From positions 36,828,001-36,892,000 of the forward strand of contig JBITNC010000002.1 in NCBI GenBank assembly GCA_050084985.1: a stretch of DNA of 64,000 bases, in the 5' to 3' direction. Below the pieces are notes generated by a model. It was not told the origin of the DNA and did not search any database. It saw only the letters and a list, made by a program, of their open reading frames with translations. Below, piece by piece: positions 50,886 through 64,000 of the stretch (within the stretch, counting starts at the first letter, position 1; each line of letters starts with the position of its first letter). The position numbers and the translations under genes are program-made. The DNA comes from Nageia nagi. Taxonomy: Eukaryota > Plantae > Pinophyta.

Positions 50886-52876
50886 TTGAAATAAGAGAAT
50901 AAATGTTGAATACTTCTCTAAAAGAAAGTCTATTCTTCCAGTGTGAGATTACCAAAACAACAGAGATGGCAGCTTAAATAGGGGGCATGCTATAAGTGTA
51001 AGTAACCATTCATTGAAAAAACAAACTCTTATGTCAAATGCCACGCAACCCTTATGGATACATGGTAATATAAAATTGGTAATAAAAAACATCCTTAAAT
51101 TAGACCACGCAACCCTTATGGATACATGCATGAGATAATTAATTTGACACATTGCAAACTGGAATAATGTAATGTCAATGGATTGATAATTCTTTATAAA
51201 ATCAAGCCAACCATACAATTTATATGAGTGCATAGAAACCAATGTTACAACCGAATATGCCCCCCCCCCCCCTCCCTCAAGGACCATCCTAGAATTTCAA
51301 TTGAATACGAAACATATTCCCCTTTCCTGCCCTTCATTGGGACCATGCTCAAGATGTCCCCAGGCTTTAAGCACCATCTCCATCGTATTCCCATGCTTTG
51401 GGGATGCAAAGTCATCCCTACATGCAGAAAAGCTTTTCAGTGTTCTGAGTATGCTCAGTCATGTCTCTGAAATGGCATCAACCTACATCAAAATAATTTG
51501 TATAATCATCACTATGTAGTTTGTTGATATAACTGCACAAACTTCACGTGTATATCCCTTTTCACTGTGTAAATGATATCACAAAAAACAAAGCAGCATT
51601 CTTTTTGTGCTGAACAAACAGTTTATATGCATTTCAGTTTAAATGTAGTACATCCTTCATTCTTTTTTAATTATACAAAACTTAAGCAATTGCTGATATC
51701 AACAATAGTATGTTTGAGAAAGGAAATCTGTTCAACATAAAACAACAAAGGTCAATGAATTTCAATTTTGTAAGGTTCACTGTATTTGTGACTGCTGAAA
51801 TCACCATTAGTATGTTTGAGAAAGGAAATTTGTTCAATTTGCAACAACTTAGGTCAATGAATTTCAATTTTGTATGGTTCACTGTATTTGTGGCAGCTGT
51901 CAAGCTTACAAGTCAAACCCTTCATAATAGTAATTGAATTAAAATTATAAAAAAGTTTTTCCCTTAAATATGGACTCCAAAGACTTAAAATTCAGAAACG
52001 AGGTTTGTACATGGATTGCAAAAGAGTATATGATTGAGATGGTAATAAGAATTATTGTTGTTATCATTATCAATTGTACAGCGTATTTGACATATGTCTT
52101 CTATTAGATGGATTTTTGTAACCCTTCTTAGAAACTCTGGCTCTACCATTCCAAGTTCTTATCCATCACCCTTCTATTTCCATCCTGGAGACTTTAGATA
52201 ATATATAAGGCAATACTATTAGCAGCCTTCATTATCTTTTAAAGAAAAGAAAGATTTAAGGTACCATAACATCATGATATGTTCTAAAGAGAAAATTGCA
52301 ATATAAAATAATTTATTATGGAAACGAGTAACCATTGATTAACCTGGCAAGTTTTTTTATTTTTCAGAAAAGCAACAAGTTTTTGAAACATTTGTAAATA
52401 CTCATGAATAGTTGCGGTTTTGACTCAGATGATGTAAAAAAAACTAACTTTTGTTGTATCAAAGTACGCTTTTTTTGGTCAACTAAATGTTTCTGCCAAG
52501 TCGAAAGTCAGCCAAAGAACTTCAGTTCTGAAAAAAAATTAAATTAATATCAATGTATTCTTCTATTTTATCACACAATAAGCCAAACAAACAATCTACT
52601 CAAAAATGCAAAAACAATGTGTCACGAGAACATAATTAAAATGGATATATTTTATATTGATCCAGCTGTGTCCATGAAGGCTCGGTGTATATGGTACAAT
52701 GCTCCAGATGAATGCAGGGGCTACAGAAGATGCAAAAACAAAAATGCAGTTTCTATTACTTGTGGGAACCCTTGCTATTCCAAATTTATCTAAAAATAAG
52801 ATTTCAATGTTTACCCGGTTATTCTAAAATGAATTTGCCATCCTTAAAAATGCATGCAGATGTAATATTTCAATTT

Positions 52877-53787
52877 GCTAAAAGAAATATTGAACATGTC
52901 CATTGATTTCACTGCAAATCAATGGGACATTTTTGGCTAATACTTTGCTCTTAGCTATGATATCATTTGTACATCTGTGCTGCTGAGAAGGCTTAAAAAG
53001 ATAGGCACTATCTGTCACATGAGTTTCTAGAGCTTGCCTTGCTGGTACAACATTTTCCCACCAGAATTCTTTCAGTCGATCAACTCAAGGCCCAATAGTT
53101 GTAGTCTCTTTGGATCCTGGAAATTCTGCCTCCAGAAAGAGTCCAACAAAATAAATCAGTCCAGTTACTATCCAGTATCTCCATTAAAACTTGTATTTGT
53201 GGCATGTAGTAGCAGGGTGCTGAAGTCCAAGGTAATGCAAGCTCAGGCTTCCCTTTATTGAATGGACATTTCACCTCTAGGATACCACTTGAATCAGGCC
53301 CAGTTATACCAGAAAGGCATGTTTTAATCAGGCCATCAGGAGATGACCCCAACCATTGTAATTGCTCGTCATCTTTGTGATATATCTTAAACCAAAATTG
53401 CTCAACAACATTGCCTGTGACATCCTTATACTCTTTGGAAGTGCCCCACAACATTGCATCATTGCTAACCAGCTTATATTTACCAAGGACCTTTTCCTCG
53501 CATAACACAAATTGCGGTGATATCCTGGACTCTGACCCCTGCTGGAACTCCATTTTGGCAGATGAGCTTGGCTATGGGAGTTCTTGCAACCATTAGCACC
53601 TTTCTTCAATCTTAAGTTGTTACAAAATGTTGGAAGCCATAAATTTTGTTGTTTCTGAGTAAACAAATATATTGCTCCAGCAGAATTCCTCACAAAAGCT
53701 GTTATTTGGAACATACTGGTACAAGAAATGCAATCTGTATCTTCTACATACAGTATACTTAAACTATCAATAAAAAAAACAACCATC
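52877..53787 (-). pseudogene. YqaJ/lambda-exonuclease-family paralog, pseudogene
   Basis: Retains WLGSSPDG and LEVKCP. Lacks the QRSEEW..RLTAS block (~150-bp deletion with a short filler) and DIAVER (18 bp), and has frameshifts. Confidence 0.9.
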
Positions 53788-54559
53788 AGTGGGTCATAGA
53801 AAGACAAATTAAACTTAGTCATTCTGAATATAACAAGTCTCTTACCAAAATTACCTAACAAAGTAGATAAGTTGGTGGGTTTTCAAGCAAAAGTTGGCTC
53901 AGCACATATACAACAGTAGTAAATCCCTTTTGTTATGGGAAAAGCATTTGTTGGACTTCCGGAGAAAGTAACATAAGTCAATATGTCCTTTAAACACAGC
54001 GGAGAGGTGCAATACACAATCTATGGCCATGCTATCTCTTTGTTACGCGATAACCTTAACTAAAAATTCAGAAGATTCTTGCCATCAAGAAAAGCTGATG
54101 GTGTGCTCTAAAGGCCTTCATCACAAACCTCTTGGAAGAACAAGGTTTATTGATCAACGTCAAACAAATAGATCAGAACATATCAATGAACTGCATTGGT
54201 GGAGAGTGAATCAAAGTATTGCCAATATTCTATCCTTGTGCCAGGATTTGAGTGGAGTTAGATGCCTTTTCACTAAGTTTGTCGGTCTGCCAATGAAGCG
54301 GCCCAATAGTTTGACTACTATAACCATCATACATAATAATATGGATTTGAGTTTGAAAACTTAATGAAGTTAACAAGTTCAGTCTTTTTCTTTAGTAGTT
54401 TGAGGTTGACTTGCATATGAATTTGAATTATTGATAATCCTTGAGAATCATAATAATAAGTTCAGTCTTGATAATCCATTTCTATTCTAACATAAGGTTG
54501 GAGAAGAGAAGCTAAAGGCTTCCTTTCCCTTTTGAATATATCCAAGAAATATTTCCCAC

Positions 54560-54985
54560 ATTTCTACTAATATGCTCCCAGTTGGAATATGGTCAAGGTG
54601 GTAAGTCCATCCAATAAGTTTGAGTGGAATGTGGCCAAGAAGGTAAGTTGTTTTATCTCATAATAGCAGGTCCTACCTCTTAGTTATGTCAATATCTAAG
54701 ATTGTCATCCTTGTGAATCATAAACAGCCTTCTTATTCACCATATGATGGCAGATGGTCAAGTTTTTCAGTCATTCATATTAAAATTAAACCAATGGCCG
54801 GCATTGTTTTCAAAACCTCCCATGACTTGCATATGTTGATGAGCATAATCTTGACAAAGTTCCTTTTATATGGACTGACATTGTTGAAGACAGCAATGCT
54901 CCCCCTCGGTCCTATGTCATTAAGATAGTGAAGCAGTAAGACTGCAGGAGATTGGTGTGCCAATTGACATAGATAGGCCACCCAA
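54560..54985 (-). pseudogene. Possible LRR gene fragment in the spacer between the duplicates
   Basis: Degenerate L..L..N...GSI..F.N and L.GHIP.KL-like pieces; weak. Confidence 0.3.
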
Positions 54986-56139
54986 GCGAATTATGTAATG
55001 TCAATGGATTTGTAATTCGTCATAAAATCAACCCAACCATATAGTTTATATGAGTGCATAGAAACCAATTTTAAAACTGCACATGTCCCCACCCTCACGG
55101 GCCATCCTAGAGTTTCAAGTACTTTGAGTCGGAGACAGGACATATCCTCCTTTTCTGTCCTTCACTGGGACCATGCTCAAGATGTCCCCAGGCTTTGGAA
55201 CCATCTCCAACGTATTCCTCATCCTTGATGGCTCTTTGGGGATGCCCACGCATCCCTATATGCAGTGGAGACACCCAAAAAAGATTTTCAGTAATCTGAG
55301 TATGCTCAGTCCATGTCTCTGAAATGACATCAACCTGTATCAAAATAGTTTGTATAATCATCACTATGTACTTTGTTGCTATAACCGCACAAACTTCGCA
55401 TGTATATCCCCCTTTACTGTTTAATTGATATCTCAAAAACCAAAGCAGAAAACTTTTTGCACTGAACAAACAATGTAGATGCATTCCCGTCTAAGTGGAG
55501 TACATTCTCCTTTTTTTTTTTTTTTATGATAAAAATCAATTGCTGATATCACCATTAGTATGTTTCAGAAAGGAAATTTATTCAATATAAAACAAACAAG
55601 GTCAATGAATTTCAATTTTGTAAGGTTCAATGTATTTGTGACTGCTGATATCACCATTAGCATGTTTGAGAAACAAAATCTGTTCAATTTGCAACAACTT
55701 AGGTCAATGAATTTCAATTTGTATGGTTCACCATATTTGTGACAGTTATCATGCTTACAAGTCAAACCCTTCATGATAGCAATTGAGATAAAATTATAAA
55801 AATGGTTTTCCCTTAAATACGGACTCCAAAGAATTGAACTTCAGAAAAAAGGTCTATCGATTGTACATGGAGTCCAAAAGAATATACAATTGAGATGGTC
55901 ATAAGCATTATTGTTGTTATCATTATCAATTGTGCAGTGTATTTGAGATATGTCTTCTATTAGATGGATTTTTGTAAACCTTCTTAGAAAGTCTGATCTC
56001 TACCATTACAAAAAACTTATCCACCACCCTTCCATTTCCATCCTGGAGACTTCAGATGATATATAAGGCACTAGTATAATCAGCCTTCATTCTTTTTTAA
56101 AGAAAAGAAAGATTTAAGGTACCATAACACGATGATATG

Positions 56140-56436
56140 TGTGAGGTCCAGTATAAGATTGCAAATCCTAAATTGTATTAACTCCAAAGCTCGAGAATTA
56201 CATCCACACAATTCACATAAACACACAAGAAGATGATTTATAACTTCACCTTCTCAAGATAACTCTTGGAGTCCCTAAAGACTCTTCATATTCAACTTCC
56301 TATGACTCTTGGAATTACAATAATAATCCATTCTGAAAATACAAATATTTCTAATATAAAACTATATTTATGACCCCTAATATTAATATATTACTAATAC
56401 AGATACCCTTAATCCCTAAGGATCAGGTTTCTAACA
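56140..56436. mobile_element. Short solo LTR (297 bp)
   Basis: Runs TGTGAG...CTAACA with perfect TSD ATATG. The empty site is present in copy A (~52277). Confidence 0.9.
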
Positions 56437-57041
56437 ATATGATCTAAAGAGAAAATTGCAATATAAAATACTTTATTATGGAACTGAGAAACCATTGAAC
56501 AACCTGACAAGTTTTTTTATTTTTCAGAAAACAACCACGTTTTTGAAACATTTGTGAATACTCATTAGTAGTTGCAGTTCGACTCAGCTGGTGTTAAAAA
56601 CCTAACTTTTGTTGTATCAAAATATGCTTTTTTGGTCAACTAAAGGTTTCTGTCAAGTCAATAGTCATCCAAAGAACTTCAGTTCTGAAGATAATTAAAT
56701 TAATGATAATATATTCTCCTATTTGATTTACACACAATAAGCCAGACAAAAAATTTACTCAAAAATGCAAAAATAATGTGTCTTAAGAACACAATTAAAA
56801 TGAAGATATTTTATATTGATCCAGTTGTGCCCATGAAGGCTCACAATGTATAGAGTACAATGCTCCAGATGAATGCAAGGACTACAGGAGATGCAAAAAT
56901 TAAAAATACAGTTTTCTATTCCTTCTGGGAACCCTGGCTATTCCAAATTTATCTAAAAATAAGATTTCAATGTTTACCAGATCATTCTAAAGTGAATTTG
57001 CCATCCTTAAAAATGCATGCAGATGTAATATTTTCAATTTG

Positions 57042-58115
57042 CTAAAAAAAATATTGAACATGTCCACTGATTTCACTGCAAATCAACGGAGCATTTTTGG
57101 CTAATACTTTGCTCTTAGCTATAATATCACTTGTACATTTGTGCTGTTGAGAAGGCCTAAAAAGATAGGCACTATCTGTCCCATGGATTTCTATAGCTTG
57201 CCTTGCTGGTACAACATTTTCCCACCAGAATTCTTTCAGTGGATCAAAAATCAAGGCCCAATAATTGTAGTCTCTTTGGACCCTGAAAATTGTGCTTCCA
57301 GTAGGAGTCCAACAATATAAATCAATCCAGTTTCTATCCAGTATCTCCATTAAACCTTGTATTTGTGGCATGTAGTAGTAGGGTGCTGAGGTCCAAGGTA
57401 ATGCAAGCTCAGGCTTCCCTTTATTGAATGGACATTTCACCTCTAGGATACCACCTGAATCAGGCCCAGCTACACCAGAAAGGCATGTTTTAATCAGGCC
57501 ATCAGGAGATGCTCCCAACCATTGTAATTGCTCATCATCTTCGTGATATATCTTAAACCCAAATTGCTCAACAACATTACCTGTGACATCCTTATACCTT
57601 TCGACTGCTATGTCCTCTTTGCAAGAACCCCACAACATTGCATCATTGCTAACCAGCTTATCCTTACCAAAGACCTTTTCCTCCCATAACACAGCTCGTC
57701 TATCACCCCAAAAGCCAAGGGCAGTACTAAATGCACTAGCAGTGAGTCTATTCCTTCTCAAAGAAAACCATTCTTCTGAACGTTGAGGTACATCTGTTGG
57801 GCTCAATTCAGTTGCATCTGATTCCGGATGTGGTACAGCATAAGAGCAATATCCTGGACTCCGACCCTTGCTGAAACTCCATTTTGGCAGATGAGCTTGG
57901 ATATGGGTGTTCTTCCAACCATTCACACCTTTGTTACAGCTTAACTTGGTACAAAATGTTGGAGGCCATAATGTTTGTTGTTTCCGAGTAAACAAATATA
58001 TTGCTCCAGCAGAATTCCTCACAAAAGCTGTCATTTGGAAGATACTGTTACAAGAAATACAATTTATATCTTCTATGTACAATATAATTACACTATCAAC
58101 AACAAAAACAACCAT
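57042..58115 (-). CDS. YqaJ-like viral recombinase / lambda exonuclease (PD-(D/E)XK) family protein
   Basis: Uninterrupted 357-aa ORF with QRSEEWFSLRRNRLTAS, WG..KE..A...Y, WLGASPDG, LEVKCP and YYMPQIQGLME motifs. The true start may be the downstream ATG (MTAFVRN). Confidence 0.92.
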   Translation of the reverse strand: MVVFVVDSVIILYIEDINCISCNSIFQMTAFVRNSAGAIYLFTRKQQTLWPPTFCTKLSCNKGVNGWKNTHIQAHLPKWSFSKGRSPGYCSYAVPHPESDATELSPTDVPQRSEEWFSLRRNRLTASAFSTALGFWGDRRAVLWEEKVFGKDKLVSNDAMLWGSCKEDIAVERYKDVTGNVVEQFGFKIYHEDDEQLQWLGASPDGLIKTCLSGVAGPDSGGILEVKCPFNKGKPELALPWTSAPYYYMPQIQGLMEILDRNWIDLYCWTPTGSTIFRVQRDYNYWALIFDPLKEFWWENVVPARQAIEIHGTDSAYLFRPSQQHKCTSDIIAKSKVLAKNAPLICSEISGHVQYFF

Positions 58116-59301
58116 CAGTGGGTGATAGAAATAAACTAAGTCATTCTGAATATAATAAGTCTCTTACCAAAATTACTGAACAAAGTAGATAAGTTGGTGG
58201 GTTTTCAAGCAAAAGTTGGCTCAGCACATAGACAACAGTAGTAAATTCCTTTTGTTATGGAAAAGCATTGAGGAAGAGTTAAATGTTATTTAGTTGGACT
58301 TCCAGAGAAAGCAACATAAGCCAATATGTGCTTTAAACATAGCAGAGAGGTACAATACACAATCGATGGCCATGTTATCCCTTTGTTATGGGATAACCTT
58401 AAACAACATTCAGAAGATTTGTACCATCAAAAAAGGCTTATGGTGTACTCTAAAGGTTTCCATCACAAACCTCTTGAAAGAATAAGGTTTATTAAGGTTT
58501 TAAACAAATAGAACAGATTGTATCAATGAACTGGATTGGTGGACAGTGAATCAAATTATCGCCTATATTCTATCCTTGCGCAAGGATTTGAGTGGAGTTG
58601 GATGCCCTATCATTAAGTTTGACAGTCTGCCAACAAAGTGGCCAATAGTTTGGCTACTATAACAGTCATACTGTAAAAACTCTAACTAAAATGCAAAAAG
58701 AAACACAAAGAAATATCTTCCACACAACTGATTTGCTTTGTATTTTTTAGATTTATGATAAACACGAAAACAGCAACTGAAAAAATAGAATTTCAGACTC
58801 AGTAAATGTGGCTACAGGTCTGATATACTCAAAACACTTAACAGTCAAAGCCTCCAGTTTTACGCTGGCATATCACATGCATGTAGTTCTCTGAATGGGT
58901 ATCTATCCTGCATGCACTCCTAACAACTTAGAATCTCCAATGGTACCTGCCAAATGAGGGTTTTGATCCCCAATAACATGCTCTGGACATCTATGATTTT
59001 TGTCCACAAATGCCCATATACTGCTGTTCACACAGCTATACCTCGAAGAAATCGTGAAAATGATCAAATGTATTTTTCCTTTCCCTAGCATTCTTTTTAT
59101 AACCTTCTTTGGAGTTGTCACACAAGTGCCAACTTACACTCTCAACAAATGCTGCTGCATGTGCTAACTCACAACTACATTTGGCAGACCTATCTAATTA
59201 ATTATTTTTAATTGTGTCCTCTTCGTTAACTGAAACTTTTATTATTTCTAAAATAATATTCTAACTGCAATCAAATCATTTTCTATTTCTAAACTCACTC
59301 T

Positions 59302-59780
59302 TGAAGGAATTAGACCTACTCTAATTCTCAAGGTCCAAGACTAGGAAACTCAATCATTCAACATAACACCATTCACACAAGATAACACAAATATAATGTG
59401 GTTCCTCCTTTCTTGGGAGTACATCCACAACTAGTTTTCAATTCTCAATCTATGCACCTCTTACTACAATTCTCTTCCTCTCCTACACAAACTAGTAGAG
59501 TAATCTTACTCCAAAAACTTAGTTATGTTACAAGAGGAGAGGCCCTCTATTTATAGCTTGAGAGCACCTCCCTAACCTCCCTTTAACCCAAGGGTAAGGT
59601 TAGGGTTACAATAAATGTATGACCTAATTTTAACCTACCAACTAACCCCATGGTAAGGTCAAAGTCCACACATAATAAAGAATTCAATTAATCCCTTAAG
59701 GTATCTACATATCCTTTAAGTGATTAATTGAATTTACAAGGAGTTTAGATATTCACAATATTTCATTACAAATTCTAACA
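59302..59780 (-). mobile_element. Copia-type solo LTR (479 bp)
   Basis: Runs TGAAGG...TTCTAACA with perfect TSD ACTCT. Contains the gtggttcctc..gagtacatccac motif and a reverse TATA. Confidence 0.9.
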
Positions 59781-62539
59781 ACTCTTTCTTGCTGTATGTG
59801 GGGAAAGTGGAACCCACATCGGACATGTCAAAAGAGGGACATTACAAATCCTCTCTCTCCAAATTTGCTTGCCCTCAAGAAAAATTGTCTATATTTTGCA
59901 AAAGCTGTAAACTTTTCAGCATTGTAATTGATCTGCTGTAATATTCTCATCAGCTCACTCATATTTCTGGGATATACACCAAGTTTTACATTGATTTCCT
60001 CAGGTTGGAAGTGTAAAGGGGCCAGGCTCTTCAGTTCAATATTTAAATCTTCAACACTACATGTCTTACAGCCTTGAGCACCTCTACAGCTATACAAGAG
60101 TGAGATTATGGTTGCAATTAGAAAACCTCCAGGTGATTTGTTATGCCTCGAGAACCCTTCCTCCACTTAAAGTGTTTTTCCCTTAAAGAATAACTATAGA
60201 ATATATTAGCTATGGCTGGTTCACATGAATCTCAGGAAAAACTTTTTCTAGTATCTGCACTACAGACAAAGCGTTATCCAAGTCCATTTTAATTTTTTAC
60301 ACATTTAAAGTCATACTTTTCGGAAGGGTGGTAAACTAATTGCTTGACGATTGATTTCTTGTAACTTTCTTACATTATCATATAGCCAATTAATAACATA
60401 ACAATTATTATGATAACTATTCAGTTGGCTATATGATTAAAGCAGTTAAGCAGTTGAATAGTTATCATATGTAGTTTAGAGTTATAAAACCCTCATATGC
60501 ATTTCATGTGACATGTCTAATTTTGAGCAATCCAAAAACTCTGCATTTTGAGTCCCTCAAATCAGGGTTGTGATGCGCAACCTTTCCTGTCACTCGAAAA
60601 TCTAAATATTTGCTATGAAGTTCATGGAATAATGAATTTTAACATTCAAAATCATCACCATATAATGCTATACATTACTAGATCTGAGATCTTCTTAAAT
60701 ATTTGTATTGTTTGAATCTGTAAGTATACATGTGCATGTGTAAATCAACTGGTCATTTATAATCACTACACATTTTGAATGATTAACAGAGAATAACTAA
60801 AAACATAAACAACATTAAAGACCTGGAAAAACAAATGTTCAAACTCCATGTCAAATCTCAAGCCTATCTCCAATACTTTTATCAGCGGTGTTAGAGGTAC
60901 TTGGTTGCAGCTCAATCCACAATCAAGAAAAAAAAACAGTCAAAGAAGAGAGCCTGTACCTCAGTGATACAACACATGAACTAGTAATCGGCAGTTCCTA
61001 ATTCGAGTCCCAGCAGGTCCATGGATTCTAACACAATACTCTGTTTTAATTACCCAATGCACCATGTACTTTTGAGTCTCATTCATCTACATGAATCAAT
61101 CATAAAATTCCTTGAATTCTCCCTTCACCCGCATATATCTGTTACTGTTTACTTTTCTGGAGTATACTTGCTTTGAACTTACATACTTCCAACTCTAAGT
61201 TCATATGTTTTCTCTCATCCTACCTCTTAACCTATACTTCTATCAGGTAATGAATCTATGACAGACATATCGGCTAGGGCTCTTATAGCTATTTTCAGAG
61301 GCCCCAGTTGAAAAATCCGAGGAATAACTCCAAAACTTTTATCATACAACATTAATGCTAAACACTGGCCACCAATTTCAAACCAGGAATAAATGAAAAA
61401 TTCAATCTATTACACAACATGAACCCATATCTCGTAGAGGCATTTCGTCAAACACTTTCACCAAAATTTCATATTGGAAAAAAAACAAAAAAGAAAAGAA
61501 AAAAGAACCCTAAACAAAAACGCCACATACCCACAACACAGACAACATTACAATTGAAATAAAATGCAGAATTTTAACATATACATCCATCTTGAGACAG
61601 AGGACGATAGATACCGGGTTCGAATCCCGCTGTGGCACTCCTGAGAGTTACTGTTAAGGTCATGGCCGTCATCTGCCTTTGATTAATCACTGTAAAAATG
61701 GAATTTTTTGCAGGAATTGCATACTTCTAGGAATGTGTGAAAAGCAAATTATATTTCCAGTTCTCATCATAAACTGAGGGATAGAAAAGTTGAGTATAGT
61801 TTTAGTGTAGAGTCAGGCATAAAAATAAAGTTAAGTATAGTTTTAGTGTGAAGTCAGGCATAAAAATACTGTAGATGGGAGTATGCAATAATCTTGTTTG
61901 CTTGTTTCGCACATATTTCAGGGAATAAAACTTGTGACCTGGCTGCATCAGGACATAGACCTGGAACCCACAACTGGAGTACTCCCATGGAGAAGAATAT
62001 GCAATAGTTTTAATATTTTTTAATATTTTGGATTTTTTTTTTTGCAATTGTTAAGAACAGTTTATATGTTGCAGTTTTAAAATTGTTGATTATATTTTAA
62101 ACAGAGTTATATTATTTTGAGTTAATTGATCTCATTACAAGTGTGAGAGTGTTATAAATGAAAGTTTATTCCAGTTTTAATGTTTATTATACACATAAAT
62201 ATAATATAATAATGATATGTTAATCTATAATAATGATATGTTAATCTAGTTCATTTTCAAGATGATTGTTGAGCTCCTTATGATTATTGATGTATTCAAG
62301 TAAATGATAGAGAAAGTATTTTCATATTGTTACATTCCCTTTTAATTTCAAGGGGTATTTACTAACTTGAACATTCTTTTGAATTTCTCAAAATTTCTTC
62401 TTTCAAACATTTTAGTGATAATATGTATTGGTTACTTCCTCAAGGATAGTGGTTCAATTGAGCATTTTTTATTTTTACAAAATACCAAATTAAAAGATAT
62501 TTTATTTTTTATGTGTTTTGTTTGATCATGAAATGAAAT

Positions 62540-63520
62540 ATTGCATTCTTGGTTAATTTTAATTTAAAAATATTATCAATCAAAAGTGGAGTTGCATTCA
62601 TCTTCTTCTCCCATAAATCTTCTAATATATGCTTGAACCAAATTATCTCTTTGGTAGCTTATGCAACTACCACATAATCTACCCCTTTAGATGAATTTAT
62701 ATATAAATAACTATTTTTGTGATTTTTAAGAGAATATTATTGTTCCAAGACTCGTAAGGAAATTTGATGTATATTTTCCATCTTCTTCATAGTTTGAGTA
62801 TGAACATCCAACTAGTTTGAAGTCATTGGTCCTAGAAAATATGAAGTCCACAATTTTGAATTCCCTTCAAGTATCAAAGGATCTTCTTAGATTATATCGA
62901 GTGATCTTCATCATGTTGTTGCATGAATCTATATAGGACTCCAACAATAAAGGATATATTTGACCTTATTGTTACAAGGTAAATAAAACTTCCAATGAGC
63001 AATGTATACCTTCTCACATCTTCAAATTATGCTCCTTTTAATTGGAGCTTCAAATTTGGTTCCTTTGAATTGTAAGCAAATTTATATGTTAATCTAAACT
63101 TGTTCAAGAGTTCTCCAATGTACTTTTGTTGAGAGATGAAGATATACCTAGGCTTTTGAGTGACTTTAATAACTAAAAAATAATCAAGATAACTCAAATT
63201 TCTCATGTCAAATCTTTTCTTTGATTCTCTCTTGACTAAAGCAAGTTACTTTTATTGTTTCAATGACATATATCTATTTTGGAGAAGATAGATATAGAAT
63301 ATTTGGAAGTTCAATCTTTTATAGATCAATATATACAATAATTTTATCATCTGTCTTGACAAAAAGTGTTGTATCATTGAAATCAAAGTGTTTAAAATTT
63401 TTCTTCTTGAGGTTCTTGGTTATTTTATCATATTAAAAATGAAGCCTTGTTTGATTCCATATAATGACTTTATGAGCTTAGAAACTTTGTATTCTTCTCC
63501 TTTCATAACCTCCAAATTTT
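62540..63520 (-). mobile_element. Decayed Ty1/copia RT-RNase H
   Basis: KVSKLIKSLYGIKQ, IFISQQKYIGELLNKF, IGSFIYLVT and ATKEIIWFKHILEDL motifs. Confidence 0.85.
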
Positions 63521-64000
63521 AATCCAAATAATTTATCTCTTTATCATAATAATACTATATTAATTTAAAATGAATATTTAAACTTTAATGATAAAAAGAT
63601 AAACTATATAATTATCTATATTAAGTATTAGGTTAATTTCAATGAATAAGTAGATAAGTTCCATAATAGTAGAAGATAAAGAACCATTAAATTAAACTAA
63701 ATCAAATAATAAAATCTTTTAATCAATTAACCAATGAAGTAAGTGTTTAAAAGAAACTACAAATCAACCTCCTTAACTTTTCAACCTAAGAAATAACCTA
63801 GCTAATGATAAGCTCTTTGTTCTCTTCAAAACTACTGATGACAGATATGCAAAAAGATCACCCAAAATTTAATTTTGATGTTTACTACTGATGACAAAGA
63901 TGCGAGAAGATTACATAAAGCATAAACTTAAGCTTACTCTATGAAATGAAGGACTTATGATAATTCATTGTAGAATGAGCTTCTTTCATGCTCATTTGAG

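Larger units (their letters stand above)
51165..58670. repeat. Tandem segmental duplication: copy A ~51165-54330, copy B ~54993-58670
   Basis: Collinear similarity from atgtaatgtcaatggatt to actataac, including a shared internal ~100-bp doublet and the YqaJ gene. Confidence 0.95.

Noticed and set aside
55107-55484. 125-aa ORF or receptor-kinase C-terminal remnant in the duplicated unit
   Set aside because: The frame is not conserved in copy A and the kinase similarity is too weak to call.
61615-61640. tRNA T-arm-like CCGGGTTCGAATCCCG
   Set aside because: No D-arm, anticodon arm or matching acceptor stem at tRNA spacing upstream.

Overview
AT-rich eukaryotic DNA from a large plant nuclear genome; the TE and PPR style suggests a gymnosperm, but that is inference. 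About 1-37.5 kb is an old, CpG-depleted nest of transposons, and I could resolve several insertions by their terminal repeats and target-site duplications (TSDs). A decayed Ty3/gypsy (Tat/Ogre-like) element hosts two related CACTA elements, and both carry scrambled fragments of PLS-class PPR-E/DYW (RNA-editing factor) genes. The second CACTA (15805-32668, TSD AAG) has no recognisable transposase. It contains a solo LTR and an 11.6-kb copia-type LTR element (TSD CAAAT), which in turn contains a 4.1-kb gypsy-type solo LTR. About 37.5-62 kb is a gene island. It holds an intact two-exon SH4/ASR3-clade trihelix transcription factor with polyQ tracts and a tandem duplication of a YqaJ/lambda-exonuclease-family gene (one intact copy, one pseudogene), plus solo LTRs. 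The window ends in a decayed copia RT/RNase H. The most notable observation is the 'Pack-CACTA' family carrying PPR-DYW mosaics, including a chimeric unit amplified five times in tandem. Coordinates were counted by eye and may be off by a few bases.
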